Sequence record: OQ411014.1
Length of the DNA stretch: 64,000 bases
Direction: 5' to 3' (one strand)
Origin: Escherichia phage EJP2
Both the position numbers and the translations under genes were made by a program. Positions within the stretch are counted from its first letter, which is position 1; every line of letters starts with the position of its first letter. Below, piece after piece: positions 37,477-47,115 of this stretch. The notes under the pieces were generated by a model. The model made no database searches, was not told the DNA's origin, and saw only the letters and a program-made list of their open reading frames with translations.

Positions 37477-37998
37477 ATGCCAGTGAAATATAAATCCCTT
37501 GATGGTGTTGTGAAGTACAAAGATCAAATGACTGAACAGGAATTACAAGAGTTCAGTGGGTACAAAATCGAGGGCAGTGCGGCACGTATTTCATACATTG
37601 AAGAGTACAAAGACGGAGATTTACTAGGGAAAATTATCCTTAGAATGACAAAAGCCCCAATCATATTTCGGGTAGTATACAAGGGATATAATGAAATTCG
37701 GTACAATACTGGAAGTGTTTCATCTAGATATTGCAGTAATGGTGATGTTTTTTGTGGTGAAATGCTGAGATATGATATGAATGGGAAGCTACAGGTTCGG
37801 GACTTTTTGAATCTAGGCAAGAACGTAACTGATGATATTGTTACTGAATTTGGTATCTCTGATATACTACAGCATGAATTTACAGAAGAAGAGTTATTCC
37901 GACTCTATATGAAATACGATTCAGGATTTAGATTCGTATCGGAATATAATAGAACTCCTGAACACTTCGATTCAGTACTGAAGGCGTGTTTGGAATAA
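37477..37998 (+). CDS. FQ-motif-like hypothetical protein (173 aa)
   Basis: Motif TEEELFRLYMKYD; RBS AGAGAGAAT. Confidence 0.6.
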   Translation: MPVKYKSLDGVVKYKDQMTEQELQEFSGYKIEGSAARISYIEEYKDGDLLGKIILRMTKAPIIFRVVYKGYNEIRYNTGSVSSRYCSNGDVFCGEMLRYDMNGKLQVRDFLNLGKNVTDDIVTEFGISDILQHEFTEEELFRLYMKYDSGFRFVSEYNRTPEHFDSVLKACLE

Positions 37999-38013
37999 TA
38001 GGATATACAATTC

Positions 38014-38532
38014 ATGGATGATAAAAAATCAAAGATGGATATACACTTTTCATCTAAAGCTCAAACTTGGAATACTCCAAGAGATTTATGGAATAAAATA
38101 AATGCAGTATGGAAGTTCACTCTAGATGCTGCGTGTTTAGAAAATAGTGCCTTGTGCGAAAAGTACTTCACTCCTGAAGACGATTCATTAGAACAGGACT
38201 GGGGTGATAACATAGTATGGCTTAACCCACCCTATAACGACCTCAAGACTTGGCTATCGAAGGCAGTACAGGAATATAAGAAAGGCTCTACAGTTGTCAT
38301 TCTGGTCCCTTCTAGGACGGATACAAAGGCATTCCAGGACTATGCTTCTAAAGAATGTTCGTGTATTTGTTTTATTAAGGGAAGACTCAAGTTCTTTGAT
38401 CCAGCTAGACCACCTGATGCGAGGGCAGACCCAGCACCATTCCCTAGCTGTTTGATAGTACTGGATGATGATCTTACACAAGAGAAAATCGATTTTCTAA
38501 AAACTCTAGGTCAGGTAATGAAGAATGTCTAA
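38014..38532 (+). CDS. dam: DNA N6-adenine methyltransferase, small phage Dam family
   Basis: Catalytic NPPY in WLNPPYNDL; N-terminal HFSS..WNTP and C-terminal PFPS motifs typical of the ~170-aa phage Dam family. Confidence 0.8.
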   Translation: MDDKKSKMDIHFSSKAQTWNTPRDLWNKINAVWKFTLDAACLENSALCEKYFTPEDDSLEQDWGDNIVWLNPPYNDLKTWLSKAVQEYKKGSTVVILVPSRTDTKAFQDYASKECSCICFIKGRLKFFDPARPPDARADPAPFPSCLIVLDDDLTQEKIDFLKTLGQVMKNV

Positions 38533-39064
38533 ACGCTGTGTCTTTATGTTCGGCAGAATGAACCCGTGCCACCTCGGACACGGGAAAGTATTTGAAAAAG
38601 CACTACAACTAAAGGATAATGAAACTGATGTGAAGTTGTTCCTTAGTGCTTCGTTTGATCCTAAAAAGAATCCACTACCAAGAGAAGTTCGTCAGTACTA
38701 CATATCTGAGTTCTTCCCTGAAATAAAAGATTCTATACAAGATACAAACATAAACAATTTATTTGATATAATGAAATCACTTGATACTTATTATAGTGAT
38801 GTAATATTCGTAGGTGGTTCAGACAGGGCGAGTTCCTTCCAAGAACTACTACTGAAGTACAATAACAAACAGTACTCATTCGATTCTATCAGTACTGTAC
38901 TAGCTGGAACATCAAGAGAAGAATCTATGTTCAGTTCTACTCTAATGCGTAATGCAGTACAGAAGGACGATTTCAGTACTTTCAAGATATGTCTCCCTGG
39001 GGATAATGAATACTTGAAGTACGATATGTTCGCTGGTGTAAAGAAGTACATGAAAAATATTTGA
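38525..39064 (+). CDS. nucleotidyltransferase with HxGH motif (cytidylyltransferase-like superfamily)
   Basis: N-terminal FGRMNPCHLGHGKVF (HxGH signature); substrate not assignable. Confidence 0.55.
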   Translation: MSKRCVFMFGRMNPCHLGHGKVFEKALQLKDNETDVKLFLSASFDPKKNPLPREVRQYYISEFFPEIKDSIQDTNINNLFDIMKSLDTYYSDVIFVGGSDRASSFQELLLKYNNKQYSFDSISTVLAGTSREESMFSSTLMRNAVQKDDFSTFKICLPGDNEYLKYDMFAGVKKYMKNI

Positions 39065-39123
39065 CACCTATCTATAGCCATGATACTATATGTACATGGC
39101 TATTTCTATATGAAGGTACTATA

Positions 39124-39678
39124 ATGAAAGCAAAAGATCTGTTTGATATGGTTCACTCCAATCGTAAGCACCAATTGAATATTAATAGATCATTCAAGTT
39201 TGGTCACATGGATGTTACATATATAAAGTCATTTGGTTCTGATTTATTCTTGGTTGAGCTTGCTCAAGCTGGTAAATCTAAACGAGTATGTGAAATAATC
39301 TATTGTCCTCTCGAAGAAGAAAATGATACTTATGTTCCAGTTAAAGTATTTGATACTAAAGTCAAATTATCCAAGACTGAAATTGAGTTTGGTTTTCCGG
39401 TGGATGAAAAATTGAAGGATACAATTCGGTTTGTTCCGACTGATTTCAAAACTCCAGCATTTGATATAGACTTCAGTACTGAAGAATCGGCTTCACAAGC
39501 TATGTTCATTCATGATTTCGACCCCAAGAACTGTGAGTACCTAATGGCGGCTACACGTGCATTACAAGAAGTGTACCACCAGCCTGGATATGGGTACATG
39601 ATTATTTCGAGTACTTCTCCGGCATTACTGTGTGATGTACTAGGGATTGAAGTCCAAGTAGGAGTATACAATGCGTGA
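39124..39678 (+). CDS. FQ-motif paralog, VHDFD subfamily
   Basis: Motif SASQAMFIHDFD; ATG 39124 preferred over TTG 39061. Confidence 0.55.
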   Translation: MKAKDLFDMVHSNRKHQLNINRSFKFGHMDVTYIKSFGSDLFLVELAQAGKSKRVCEIIYCPLEEENDTYVPVKVFDTKVKLSKTEIEFGFPVDEKLKDTIRFVPTDFKTPAFDIDFSTEESASQAMFIHDFDPKNCEYLMAATRALQEVYHQPGYGYMIISSTSPALLCDVLGIEVQVGVYNA

Positions 39679-40222
39679 TAAAGTTCAACACATATTGAAT
39701 TGTATGCAGAAGAAAGTTCACGTTCAGAATGATGTACTTGATATGCAAGTATATACAATTCTATCTTCAGAAGATGGCGTGTTTAGTTCAACTATTCGAT
39801 GCCGCAATAAAAATAGCGGTTCCTTTACTATTATGCTAAGGAAGAAGACTGAAATGATTACTGCTCCTAGTTCAGTACTGGGACAAAACGACACATACAA
39901 TACAGTTTACACTTCTCTTGCAATGAAGATGGCAATCTTCTGTACGCATGGTAATCCCCTACACATTGTTCGTGGGGATAGTACAATAGGTGATGATGTC
40001 GTTCAGGATTTGAGTGACGAAGGTTTCTTTCGCTTGTTATTGGCAGTTGACCCGAAGTATAATATCGATATAGATGGGTACAAGCAGGTTCTTGAAATGA
40101 TTTATGCATTCGAAGAAGTAGTACCTGAAGATTGGACTATTGTTATTAGCTCACCATTAGATAATTTACATTCAATAGATGTTGATTCTATCTATTCAGT
40201 ACTGAAGGATGTCGTAGTATGA
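39671..40222 (+). CDS. FQ-motif paralog, VHDFD subfamily
   Basis: Motif DEGFFRLLLAVD. Confidence 0.6.
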   Translation: MRDKVQHILNCMQKKVHVQNDVLDMQVYTILSSEDGVFSSTIRCRNKNSGSFTIMLRKKTEMITAPSSVLGQNDTYNTVYTSLAMKMAIFCTHGNPLHIVRGDSTIGDDVVQDLSDEGFFRLLLAVDPKYNIDIDGYKQVLEMIYAFEEVVPEDWTIVISSPLDNLHSIDVDSIYSVLKDVVV

Positions 40223-40788
40223 ATGCCGCAGAGTTTGTTAGAGCACTTGTTGGTTTAGCTAAAGTGAAAACTTATAGAGGAAATATCACTAAATCAAATT
40301 CGCATTTTGTTCCACGTAATGGTCGTGAACATCTATTCGTTGATTCATTACTCATCAAGGGTATCGATGCATATGAAGAAATATACATTTCTATAGATAT
40401 GTGTGATGGATTCTTGAATTCCATTGCAGTTCATACAAGAAATAGATATACTCATTTCTCTATGTACAGAAAAACGGCATACACAGAGTATGATAAGTAC
40501 GCAATGGAAGAAACCTCCCCAGGGCGTTTCCTTATGCTTTTTCACAATGAAATTACCGAGCGTGATTTAATCATGAATCACAAGGGTGAATTTATTGTGC
40601 ACATGGACAATGAAAGTGAAGTGTTCAGTACTTTATTAGTACATAACTTCGATATAGAAAAGTACAGAGAAATTCATGAAACCTATAAGTGCATTGATGA
40701 ACTTAAAACTGACCTCTCATTCAGTACATATGATACTAATTGTGGTCTGAATTTCGCAGCACTATATCAAATTATATGGAAGGCATAA
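40219..40788 (+). CDS. FQ-motif paralog, VHDFD subfamily
   Basis: Motif ESEVFSTLLVHNFD; ATGA overlap. Confidence 0.65.
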   Translation: MNAAEFVRALVGLAKVKTYRGNITKSNSHFVPRNGREHLFVDSLLIKGIDAYEEIYISIDMCDGFLNSIAVHTRNRYTHFSMYRKTAYTEYDKYAMEETSPGRFLMLFHNEITERDLIMNHKGEFIVHMDNESEVFSTLLVHNFDIEKYREIHETYKCIDELKTDLSFSTYDTNCGLNFAALYQIIWKA

Positions 40789-41309
40789 TGACTGCACTAA
40801 ATGATTTCATGACTCTCAGTACTGAAATAGTATCTTCTACAAAGGGAGAAATCACAATCCCCCGTGATGATGTATATATTATACTAACACCAGGAATAGC
40901 AGAGTCCATAAAAGTATACGAAAATAATGATTCTTTACAAGTACTGTACATGCCACAAGATTATCTTTTTGTAAATTCTGATTTTACTTTACATCAATTT
41001 CCTACGTATAGTAATTTTCAACAACGTTTCCCAAGTGATAAAACAAAAGAAATAAAATACGTACAGTACGATAATAGTTTTAAAAGTCGTACTCATTTTA
41101 TCGCTTTAGAAACTGAAGAAGATATATTCAATGCTATGATAGTACATTCATTTGATATAAACGCAGCACTAGAATTGATGAGTGTATTGACTGAAGTACC
41201 GGAAGATGTAACAGGTATTATTACTATAAGAACTAAGTACAATGAAGAATTGTTACTAAAGTGCAACAGTATGATGCGAGATTATATTAGTAATAAGGAA
41301 AACACATGA
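40788..41309 (+). CDS. FQ-motif paralog, VHDFD subfamily
   Basis: Motif EEDIFNAMIVHSFD; ATG 40788 (TAATG overlap) preferred over TTG 40740. Confidence 0.6.
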   Translation: MTALNDFMTLSTEIVSSTKGEITIPRDDVYIILTPGIAESIKVYENNDSLQVLYMPQDYLFVNSDFTLHQFPTYSNFQQRFPSDKTKEIKYVQYDNSFKSRTHFIALETEEDIFNAMIVHSFDINAALELMSVLTEVPEDVTGIITIRTKYNEELLLKCNSMMRDYISNKENT

Positions 41310-41836
41310 CAGTACTGAATGATTTTCTTAGAGATAGTAAGTACATTATTGATAATATTGCTGAAGAAATATCTATACCATCAATGGATGAGTTGATGAT
41401 GATATCAATGGACCCTGATGGTGGGTTGGTAAAAGTATATTACGATTTTGAACTGCACGTAATGTTCATGAAAAATCATTATGAACACGCTTCTGATATG
41501 TTGACACTTTATGATTTTGGGACGCATAAAAATTACCAACAACGTTTACCAGCAAACAAATCAAAGGATATGAAACTAAGTGTTTACAATTCTGCTGGTG
41601 TTACTATTCCGACTAAGATTTCTCTTGGTTCTGAAGAGGGAATCTTTTCTGCGGAATTAGTACATGATTCCAGTACTGAAGAAGCACTTGAAGTTATGCA
41701 AGTAATTTCTGAAGTACCTGACAGTACCAAAGGAATACTTACTATAAGAAATAAGTACAACGAACGATTACTTATAAAATGTAATGTGTTATTAGAACAA
41801 TATATACATGGAGTACTGAATGCAAATATGGTATAA
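41306..41836 (+). CDS. FQ-motif paralog, VHDFD subfamily
   Basis: Motif EEGIFSAELVHDS; ATGA overlap. Confidence 0.65.
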   Translation: MTVLNDFLRDSKYIIDNIAEEISIPSMDELMMISMDPDGGLVKVYYDFELHVMFMKNHYEHASDMLTLYDFGTHKNYQQRLPANKSKDMKLSVYNSAGVTIPTKISLGSEEGIFSAELVHDSSTEEALEVMQVISEVPDSTKGILTIRNKYNERLLIKCNVLLEQYIHGVLNANMV

Positions 41837-42113
41837 TGTAGTACAGAAGGATTGGGATGATAATGAAAAGACAGGGATGCGTTTCATTTCTGTTATCATT
41901 TCGAATGAAACTCGTTATGTTCTACGAGCGGATAAGAATGATGGCGTATGGGAATCATCTTTGTATCCAATGGGTTACAAATATTCTTTAGATGATGTTG
42001 CAAGTCTAGCTGATTCTATGATAGACTCAGTAAAGATTATGAAGTTCCTTGAACGTCCAGAGCTAACAACGGCTGATGATGTACAGGAATTTTTGGCGAC
42101 TTTACAAGGGTAA
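41820..42113 (+). CDS. hypothetical protein (97 aa)
   Basis: ORF track; 17-nt overlap. Confidence 0.5.
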   Translation: MQIWYNVVQKDWDDNEKTGMRFISVIISNETRYVLRADKNDGVWESSLYPMGYKYSLDDVASLADSMIDSVKIMKFLERPELTTADDVQEFLATLQG

Positions 42114-42115
42114 TT

Positions 42116-42634
42116 ATGAAACTTTCTGACTTCATTGCACGCAAAGATTCGTTCAAAAATGGCGTTTTTCATCAAGTAGAAGGTACTGACTTTACATATA
42201 TCAGTACTAGTATTGGATTGGGAGAAGCATCGAGTATCGTATCTTTTTATACAAAAGAAACACTTGCTATATGTGATTTTGTATTTTCAACTAAACATTA
42301 TAATACCACAGACAATGCAATTATGTTCGATGCAAACTCAGTGAATGATGCTTGGTGTGTATATTTTTCTTATCCAAATACAAATGAAAATATAGTATTA
42401 TTCTTGGATGATTCAGAAGATAACGAGCCACCAGTACTGGTAGATATCTCATCAGAAGCGGATATCTTCACTAAAGCAGTAGCATTCGATATAAATTGTG
42501 ATGGTATTGAAGAGTACATTTCGATTTCCAAAGCAATCGAAAAAATTGCCAAGGATTTGGGATTACCGGAATTTACTCTAGAACTTCGTCACAATAAACT
42601 GAAGGAATTTCTTGAGATATTTGAACTATGCTAA
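42116..42634 (+). CDS. FQ-motif paralog family protein
   Basis: Motif EADIFTKAVAFD. Confidence 0.6.
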   Translation: MKLSDFIARKDSFKNGVFHQVEGTDFTYISTSIGLGEASSIVSFYTKETLAICDFVFSTKHYNTTDNAIMFDANSVNDAWCVYFSYPNTNENIVLFLDDSEDNEPPVLVDISSEADIFTKAVAFDINCDGIEEYISISKAIEKIAKDLGLPEFTLELRHNKLKEFLEIFELC

Positions 42635-42873
42635 TAATTGACAATTTAGACATACCTGGTGAATTCGAAGTACTCGAAGGGATTAGTATGAGTACGTTCG
42701 TAATAAAAAGTACTGAAGCGTGGGTGAAAAAACACTTGACTGAATTAGGGTTATCCGATACACTACACTTCTTTAGTTACAGTACTGGAGATTTAGTTTT
42801 AGAATCGACAAGAGCGAGGATTACGAGTTTAAGTTCTAAGCGATTTTATGTTGAATTTATGGAAGGAGAATGA
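42628..42873 (+). CDS. hypothetical protein (81 aa)
   Basis: ORF track; 7-nt overlap. Confidence 0.5.
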   Translation: MLIIDNLDIPGEFEVLEGISMSTFVIKSTEAWVKKHLTELGLSDTLHFFSYSTGDLVLESTRARITSLSSKRFYVEFMEGE

Positions 42874-43442
42874 CAATGATCAATAGTAATACTTATATGC
42901 GTTACCTACGTATGGGCGTTTCTTTAGTTCCAGTTCGTGGAAAAGATTCAGTAGACCAAGAGTTCGCATATGCGATGCCTATTGATGGTGTACAGTACGT
43001 ACTGAACGATGGTGGTATGTACGAAGATACAAATGAGTCCGAAGACATGTCTGATATGCTTCAGAACTTATTAGCAGTAGTCAATAGTGACCGTCATGAT
43101 AAAGTAAAACGCGTTACTACGTTCCTGGAAAAGAATCTACACAAAACTGTTTGGTGTGAGATTGCTTCTGGACCACAACTGGGTTTGCTATTCGGGAACG
43201 CAGATGGTACAATTTGTCAATTAGCGATGGATTTCCGTTCTCCAGAGCAGTTCCAAGAGTACCGTGCATCTATCATCGAACACTTTGCAGCACTCGGTCT
43301 TGACGAATCTAAGATTCCAGAAATTAGTCCAATGGATACATTTGTACTGATTCCTGAGAGTCCAGCATTCGAAGCACTATTCAGTACTTTCCAGTGCTTA
43401 GGGATTGAAGTAAGTCCAGCAGATGTAGATGATGAAGAATAA
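42870..43442 (+). CDS. hypothetical protein (190 aa)
   Basis: ORF track; ATGA overlap. Confidence 0.6.
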   Translation: MTMINSNTYMRYLRMGVSLVPVRGKDSVDQEFAYAMPIDGVQYVLNDGGMYEDTNESEDMSDMLQNLLAVVNSDRHDKVKRVTTFLEKNLHKTVWCEIASGPQLGLLFGNADGTICQLAMDFRSPEQFQEYRASIIEHFAALGLDESKIPEISPMDTFVLIPESPAFEALFSTFQCLGIEVSPADVDDEE

Positions 43443-43520
43443 TTAGTACTGTATATGTATACACCTTTACGATAAAGTCTTAAATATCTGAAGGTGTATA
43501 TTGTCATAGGAGGAAAAGTT

Positions 43521-43724
43521 ATGAAATATTCATTGATTCGTTTAGGATTATTTGTTACAGTAGTCTTAATGGTTGTGATTGGTTCAGTACTGACACAGTT
43601 ATACCCTGCGTTTATTTTACTCGCTGGGATTTTTGGTTCAGTACTGATTGGGCTGGTGGGTTGGGCTTTGCAGCTTACCATCGATGCGGAATTAGAAAAG
43701 AGGATTAAAGATAAAGATGAATGA
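43521..43724 (+). CDS. small membrane protein, two predicted TM helices (67 aa)
   Basis: ATG 43521 after RBS AGGAGGAAAAG; listed ORF begins at GTG 43494. Confidence 0.55.
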   Translation: MKYSLIRLGLFVTVVLMVVIGSVLTQLYPAFILLAGIFGSVLIGLVGWALQLTIDAELEKRIKDKDE

Positions 43725-43890
43725 TAAAGGTGAAGAGGAAGTCTTCTGTACTGCGTGCAATCTGTACGTACAACCTGAATACAGTTCGTACTCATGTATT
43801 TCACAGTACGGTTCATCAGTGTTCTGTAAAGAACTCTGTCCTATTTGTTATAAACAATTTCGGGAATTTTTAGTCGATGCAGACATTTGA
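43717..43890 (+). CDS. small Cys-rich zinc-ribbon-like protein (57 aa)
   Basis: ATG 43717 overlapping upstream stop; CxxC...CxxC (CTAC, CPIC); read directly. Confidence 0.4.
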   Translation: MNDKGEEEVFCTACNLYVQPEYSSYSCISQYGSSVFCKELCPICYKQFREFLVDADI

Positions 43891-44566
43891 TAATTCAATC
43901 AACATCAGTACTGAACTATTAAAAGTACTAAAAGTGATTTATAGTTTCAGTACTGAAGAGTTGTTGAAAGTACTACCAGAGAGTGTATCTAAACGAGAAA
44001 ACGAATATAAGTGCGTTTTTGATATACAACAAGATGTACAATTTCAAGTTCAAATTAACTACAAAGACGATTTGAATTATCGCAGTACTAATATTTCCAT
44101 TCTTGATGTGCGTCGCGGCGTAACAATGAATGGGACAATTCCATGTATCTTAGCTTTAGGTACATACGCAGCGAATAAATCAGAACCATCTATCATTTGT
44201 AACTACTCCCAAAGTAAAGAATTTATGGTTCGATATCATTCATTGACCGAAAATCCTGCTTATACAAATGTCAGTACTGATGGCAATTCACTTAGAATGA
44301 ATCGAATCAAGTACTACGAGATTGATGATATTTTTGATGAAGGTGCAGTATTCCAACATTCAATTATGCATGAGTTCGACCCTAATAGTATTCTGTTATT
44401 ACAGAAGATGGTCACTGTTGGGGATTACATCAGTACTAAATGTAATTCCAATAAAATCCTTGTCTCGGCTGATGAAGATAAGTTAGATGGTCTGTTGGAT
44501 TCACTTCTAAAGATTGATGTTGTTAGTAAATTCATTTCCTTATATGAAGGTACAGAATGGTCATAG
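43877..44566 (+). CDS. FQ-motif paralog family protein
   Basis: Motif DEGAVFQHSIMHEFD. Confidence 0.65.
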   Translation: MQTFDNSINISTELLKVLKVIYSFSTEELLKVLPESVSKRENEYKCVFDIQQDVQFQVQINYKDDLNYRSTNISILDVRRGVTMNGTIPCILALGTYAANKSEPSIICNYSQSKEFMVRYHSLTENPAYTNVSTDGNSLRMNRIKYYEIDDIFDEGAVFQHSIMHEFDPNSILLLQKMVTVGDYISTKCNSNKILVSADEDKLDGLLDSLLKIDVVSKFISLYEGTEWS

Positions 44567-45180
44567 CCAATAAAGGTTTAGAAATCATTGAAATTGCACC
44601 GGATGAAGTTCAAATGGAAGTTGAAGTAATGTATCCGTGCAACATTGAACAGTACTGCAAACAGGGATTACAGTACTTAGAAGAAATGCAAGTACTACTT
44701 GATTCTCCTGATTGTATCGATAATTATACCAAATACACAACTGTAACCAGAACTACACCAGAATTGGAATTGATTGGTATTCGATATTGCAACACACGTC
44801 TCCCATCAATTATTACTACAGTTAAATTTACTGAAGTAATGTTGCTGGAAACATTTAGATGGCCTAAAACGTTACAAAGTCATTTCAATTCAATACGTTT
44901 TGGTGAAGATGAATACATTATCATGTGTGAAGATCCTAAGTCCTACAAATATGTAGTGATGGTCGAGCAAGATGAAGTATGCACAATTGAAGATATCAGA
45001 GACGAAAGTTCTTTATTTCAGGCTTCATTAGTTTCTGAATTAGATCCGTGTATACAGGAGTATCTCATCAAACATCACGAACTGTACTTGCGTGCAATTA
45101 GTAATGAGAACAAAGAGATTACTACTCTATGTACTACTCTGGCAGGTGGTGATTACTACGCAGAGAGGCAGTACTTATGA
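44557..45180 (+). CDS. FQ-motif paralog family protein
   Basis: Motif DESSLFQASLVSELD. Confidence 0.65.
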   Translation: MVIANKGLEIIEIAPDEVQMEVEVMYPCNIEQYCKQGLQYLEEMQVLLDSPDCIDNYTKYTTVTRTTPELELIGIRYCNTRLPSIITTVKFTEVMLLETFRWPKTLQSHFNSIRFGEDEYIIMCEDPKSYKYVVMVEQDEVCTIEDIRDESSLFQASLVSELDPCIQEYLIKHHELYLRAISNENKEITTLCTTLAGGDYYAERQYL

Positions 45181-45716
45181 ATGCCTTAGAACATATTGTA
45201 AAATACTTCAGTACTGCACAACCTAATGGGTATGCGTTGTTTCATGCAATGTTTCATTATGAACGAGAACCACTAGCAATTGAGCGTTATTATCAAAACG
45301 AGAAAACGCACTTCTTGATTCATGTTCGGGTCGGTTCAAAGATTGAAACTCTAAAAATGTACTATAATCACAAAGAATATCCGAAGAAAATTATAATGAT
45401 TCAATCGTCACCTACAAATAGTTTTATACATTTGATGAGTAATTATAAGACACAATTTTTAGATGATGCCAATAGTAATGTGTGTATTATGGGCGTTGAG
45501 GGAAAGGAATATAACTTCAATGCATTTGATGAATGTGCATTATTCCAGGCCAGTACTGTATGTGATATTGATGTGGATTTCATTTCAAAATCTATGTTGA
45601 CATTACAGAATATTTCGGATAGTATTAGTAGTGTTGTTACCTTACAAGGAACCAAAGGTGTAATCGATGAACTTTGTAATCTCAGGATTGATTCGATTAT
45701 GCGATTAGCTTCATAG
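45177..45716 (+). CDS. FQ-motif paralog family protein
   Basis: Motif DECALFQASTVCDID; ATGA overlap. Confidence 0.65.
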   Translation: MNALEHIVKYFSTAQPNGYALFHAMFHYEREPLAIERYYQNEKTHFLIHVRVGSKIETLKMYYNHKEYPKKIIMIQSSPTNSFIHLMSNYKTQFLDDANSNVCIMGVEGKEYNFNAFDECALFQASTVCDIDVDFISKSMLTLQNISDSISSVVTLQGTKGVIDELCNLRIDSIMRLAS

Positions 45717-45771
45717 TAATAGATTCAAAAAAATTTATAAAAGTGCAAATAATCACAAGGAGTGTGAATAT

Positions 45772-46506
45772 ATGTTAGATCGTATAAAATTTGCCCAGGA
45801 GATGGCGAATGAGCTAAACAAATCAAATTTCCAAACTGTATCACCTATTATGGCTGAGTATGCTACTGCATATGCAACAGATGGAGTTCAGTGTGGACAG
45901 GCGAATATGTTAGCGGACGTGTACAGTACTGTGCAGAGTAAGCAATTCTCTGTTAAGACGTACAAAGATAAATTCGTATCTTCATTCATGAAGGGTGAGA
46001 TTGCAGAAGATCGTGAGTTCACAGATCCTATCATTGAGCGTAGGATTTCTGGGGTGGCGAATCCGAATGCTGATCCATCGTTAGTCTTTGAGGAAGTACT
46101 GAATGATATTCGAGACAATGAACGCAGAAGTCTAAACCACTACGGTATTAATTCCACTGGAACAGTACTGTTAGGATTCAGCGAAGATGATGATTATTTT
46201 TACTTTCGTCTAACTGAATATGATTATGTGTATGATGCTCCCGCTTCAGTACAAGAGAAGACCTTCACAGAACGTAGTAAAAACTACCTAAAACATACAG
46301 GAAATCGTTGCGGAATCGAATGCTACAACACTGAAGGTGTTATGGTGTACGAATGGGTTCACCCGAACAATCAGGCTTATACACGCTGTCTGAAGAAGCG
46401 GTACGACCTACGTGATGCTGATTCTATGTATTTCAAAATCAAGAAGCAGAAGTACACCAGACCTGATGATAATGCATTGTTGGATATGGTTAGTATTCAC
46501 TTCTAA
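45772..46506 (+). CDS. hypothetical protein (244 aa)
   Basis: ORF track; RBS AAGGAGTG. Confidence 0.65.
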   Translation: MLDRIKFAQEMANELNKSNFQTVSPIMAEYATAYATDGVQCGQANMLADVYSTVQSKQFSVKTYKDKFVSSFMKGEIAEDREFTDPIIERRISGVANPNADPSLVFEEVLNDIRDNERRSLNHYGINSTGTVLLGFSEDDDYFYFRLTEYDYVYDAPASVQEKTFTERSKNYLKHTGNRCGIECYNTEGVMVYEWVHPNNQAYTRCLKKRYDLRDADSMYFKIKKQKYTRPDDNALLDMVSIHF

Positions 46507-46515
46507 ATCAATTAT

Positions 46516-46545
46516 GCAGTACTGCGATTGTAGTACTGCTTTTTT
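46516..46545 (+). terminator. rho-independent terminator
   Basis: Stem GCAGTACT..AGTACTGC followed by TTTTTT; stem built from the AGTACT palindrome. Confidence 0.6.
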
Positions 46546-46556
46546 CTGGAGATGCT

Positions 46557-47111
46557 ATGAATAATCTTGAGTTCGTTAAACACTTGGCTAATAAAGTTGA
46601 TACAATCGCACAGAAACATATTGACACTCAAAGTTCAATACCTATAAAATTAGCGATTCCTCATGATAATATGGAACTGTTCGATAGATTCTTTTCTGTT
46701 CGAGGCCGCCACGATAAAGATAGATATCTTTTACTCGACACTGACCGGAATGCTTTTCAGTACTCAACACCTACGTTTCCTGGAATTTTCATGAAAGTGT
46801 CTGATGGATTGTACCTTACGTACTCACCACCAGATATATCACAGACTATGATTGGATTGGATTCTAGGGTATTACTATTTCAGCCACGCAATCCAAGTGA
46901 TGTATATGATCCGTATGAATTCTTGACTGAAGAAATGCACTTCCAGGCATCTACAGTACTGGATATTCCGAGCATAGAAACTCTAAGAGAAATGCTTGAT
47001 ATTGTTGAGTTTTTGATTGAAAGTGAATTCAAATTTAGATGTTCAATGGACTACGATGATTACCAGAGTATTCAGATTGGTCGTTTTTATAATTACGCAA
47101 TGCAGGAATAA
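46557..47111 (+). CDS. FQ-motif paralog family protein
   Basis: Motif TEEMHFQASTVLD; RBS GGAGATG. Confidence 0.65.
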   Translation: MNNLEFVKHLANKVDTIAQKHIDTQSSIPIKLAIPHDNMELFDRFFSVRGRHDKDRYLLLDTDRNAFQYSTPTFPGIFMKVSDGLYLTYSPPDISQTMIGLDSRVLLFQPRNPSDVYDPYEFLTEEMHFQASTVLDIPSIETLREMLDIVEFLIESEFKFRCSMDYDDYQSIQIGRFYNYAMQE

Positions 47112-47115
47112 CCAA

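Noticed and set aside
43217-43816. 199-aa minus-strand ORF
   Set aside because: Lies antisense across two well-supported plus-strand genes and an intergenic terminator region, has no RBS, and is the kind of long antisense ORF expected in AT-rich DNA.
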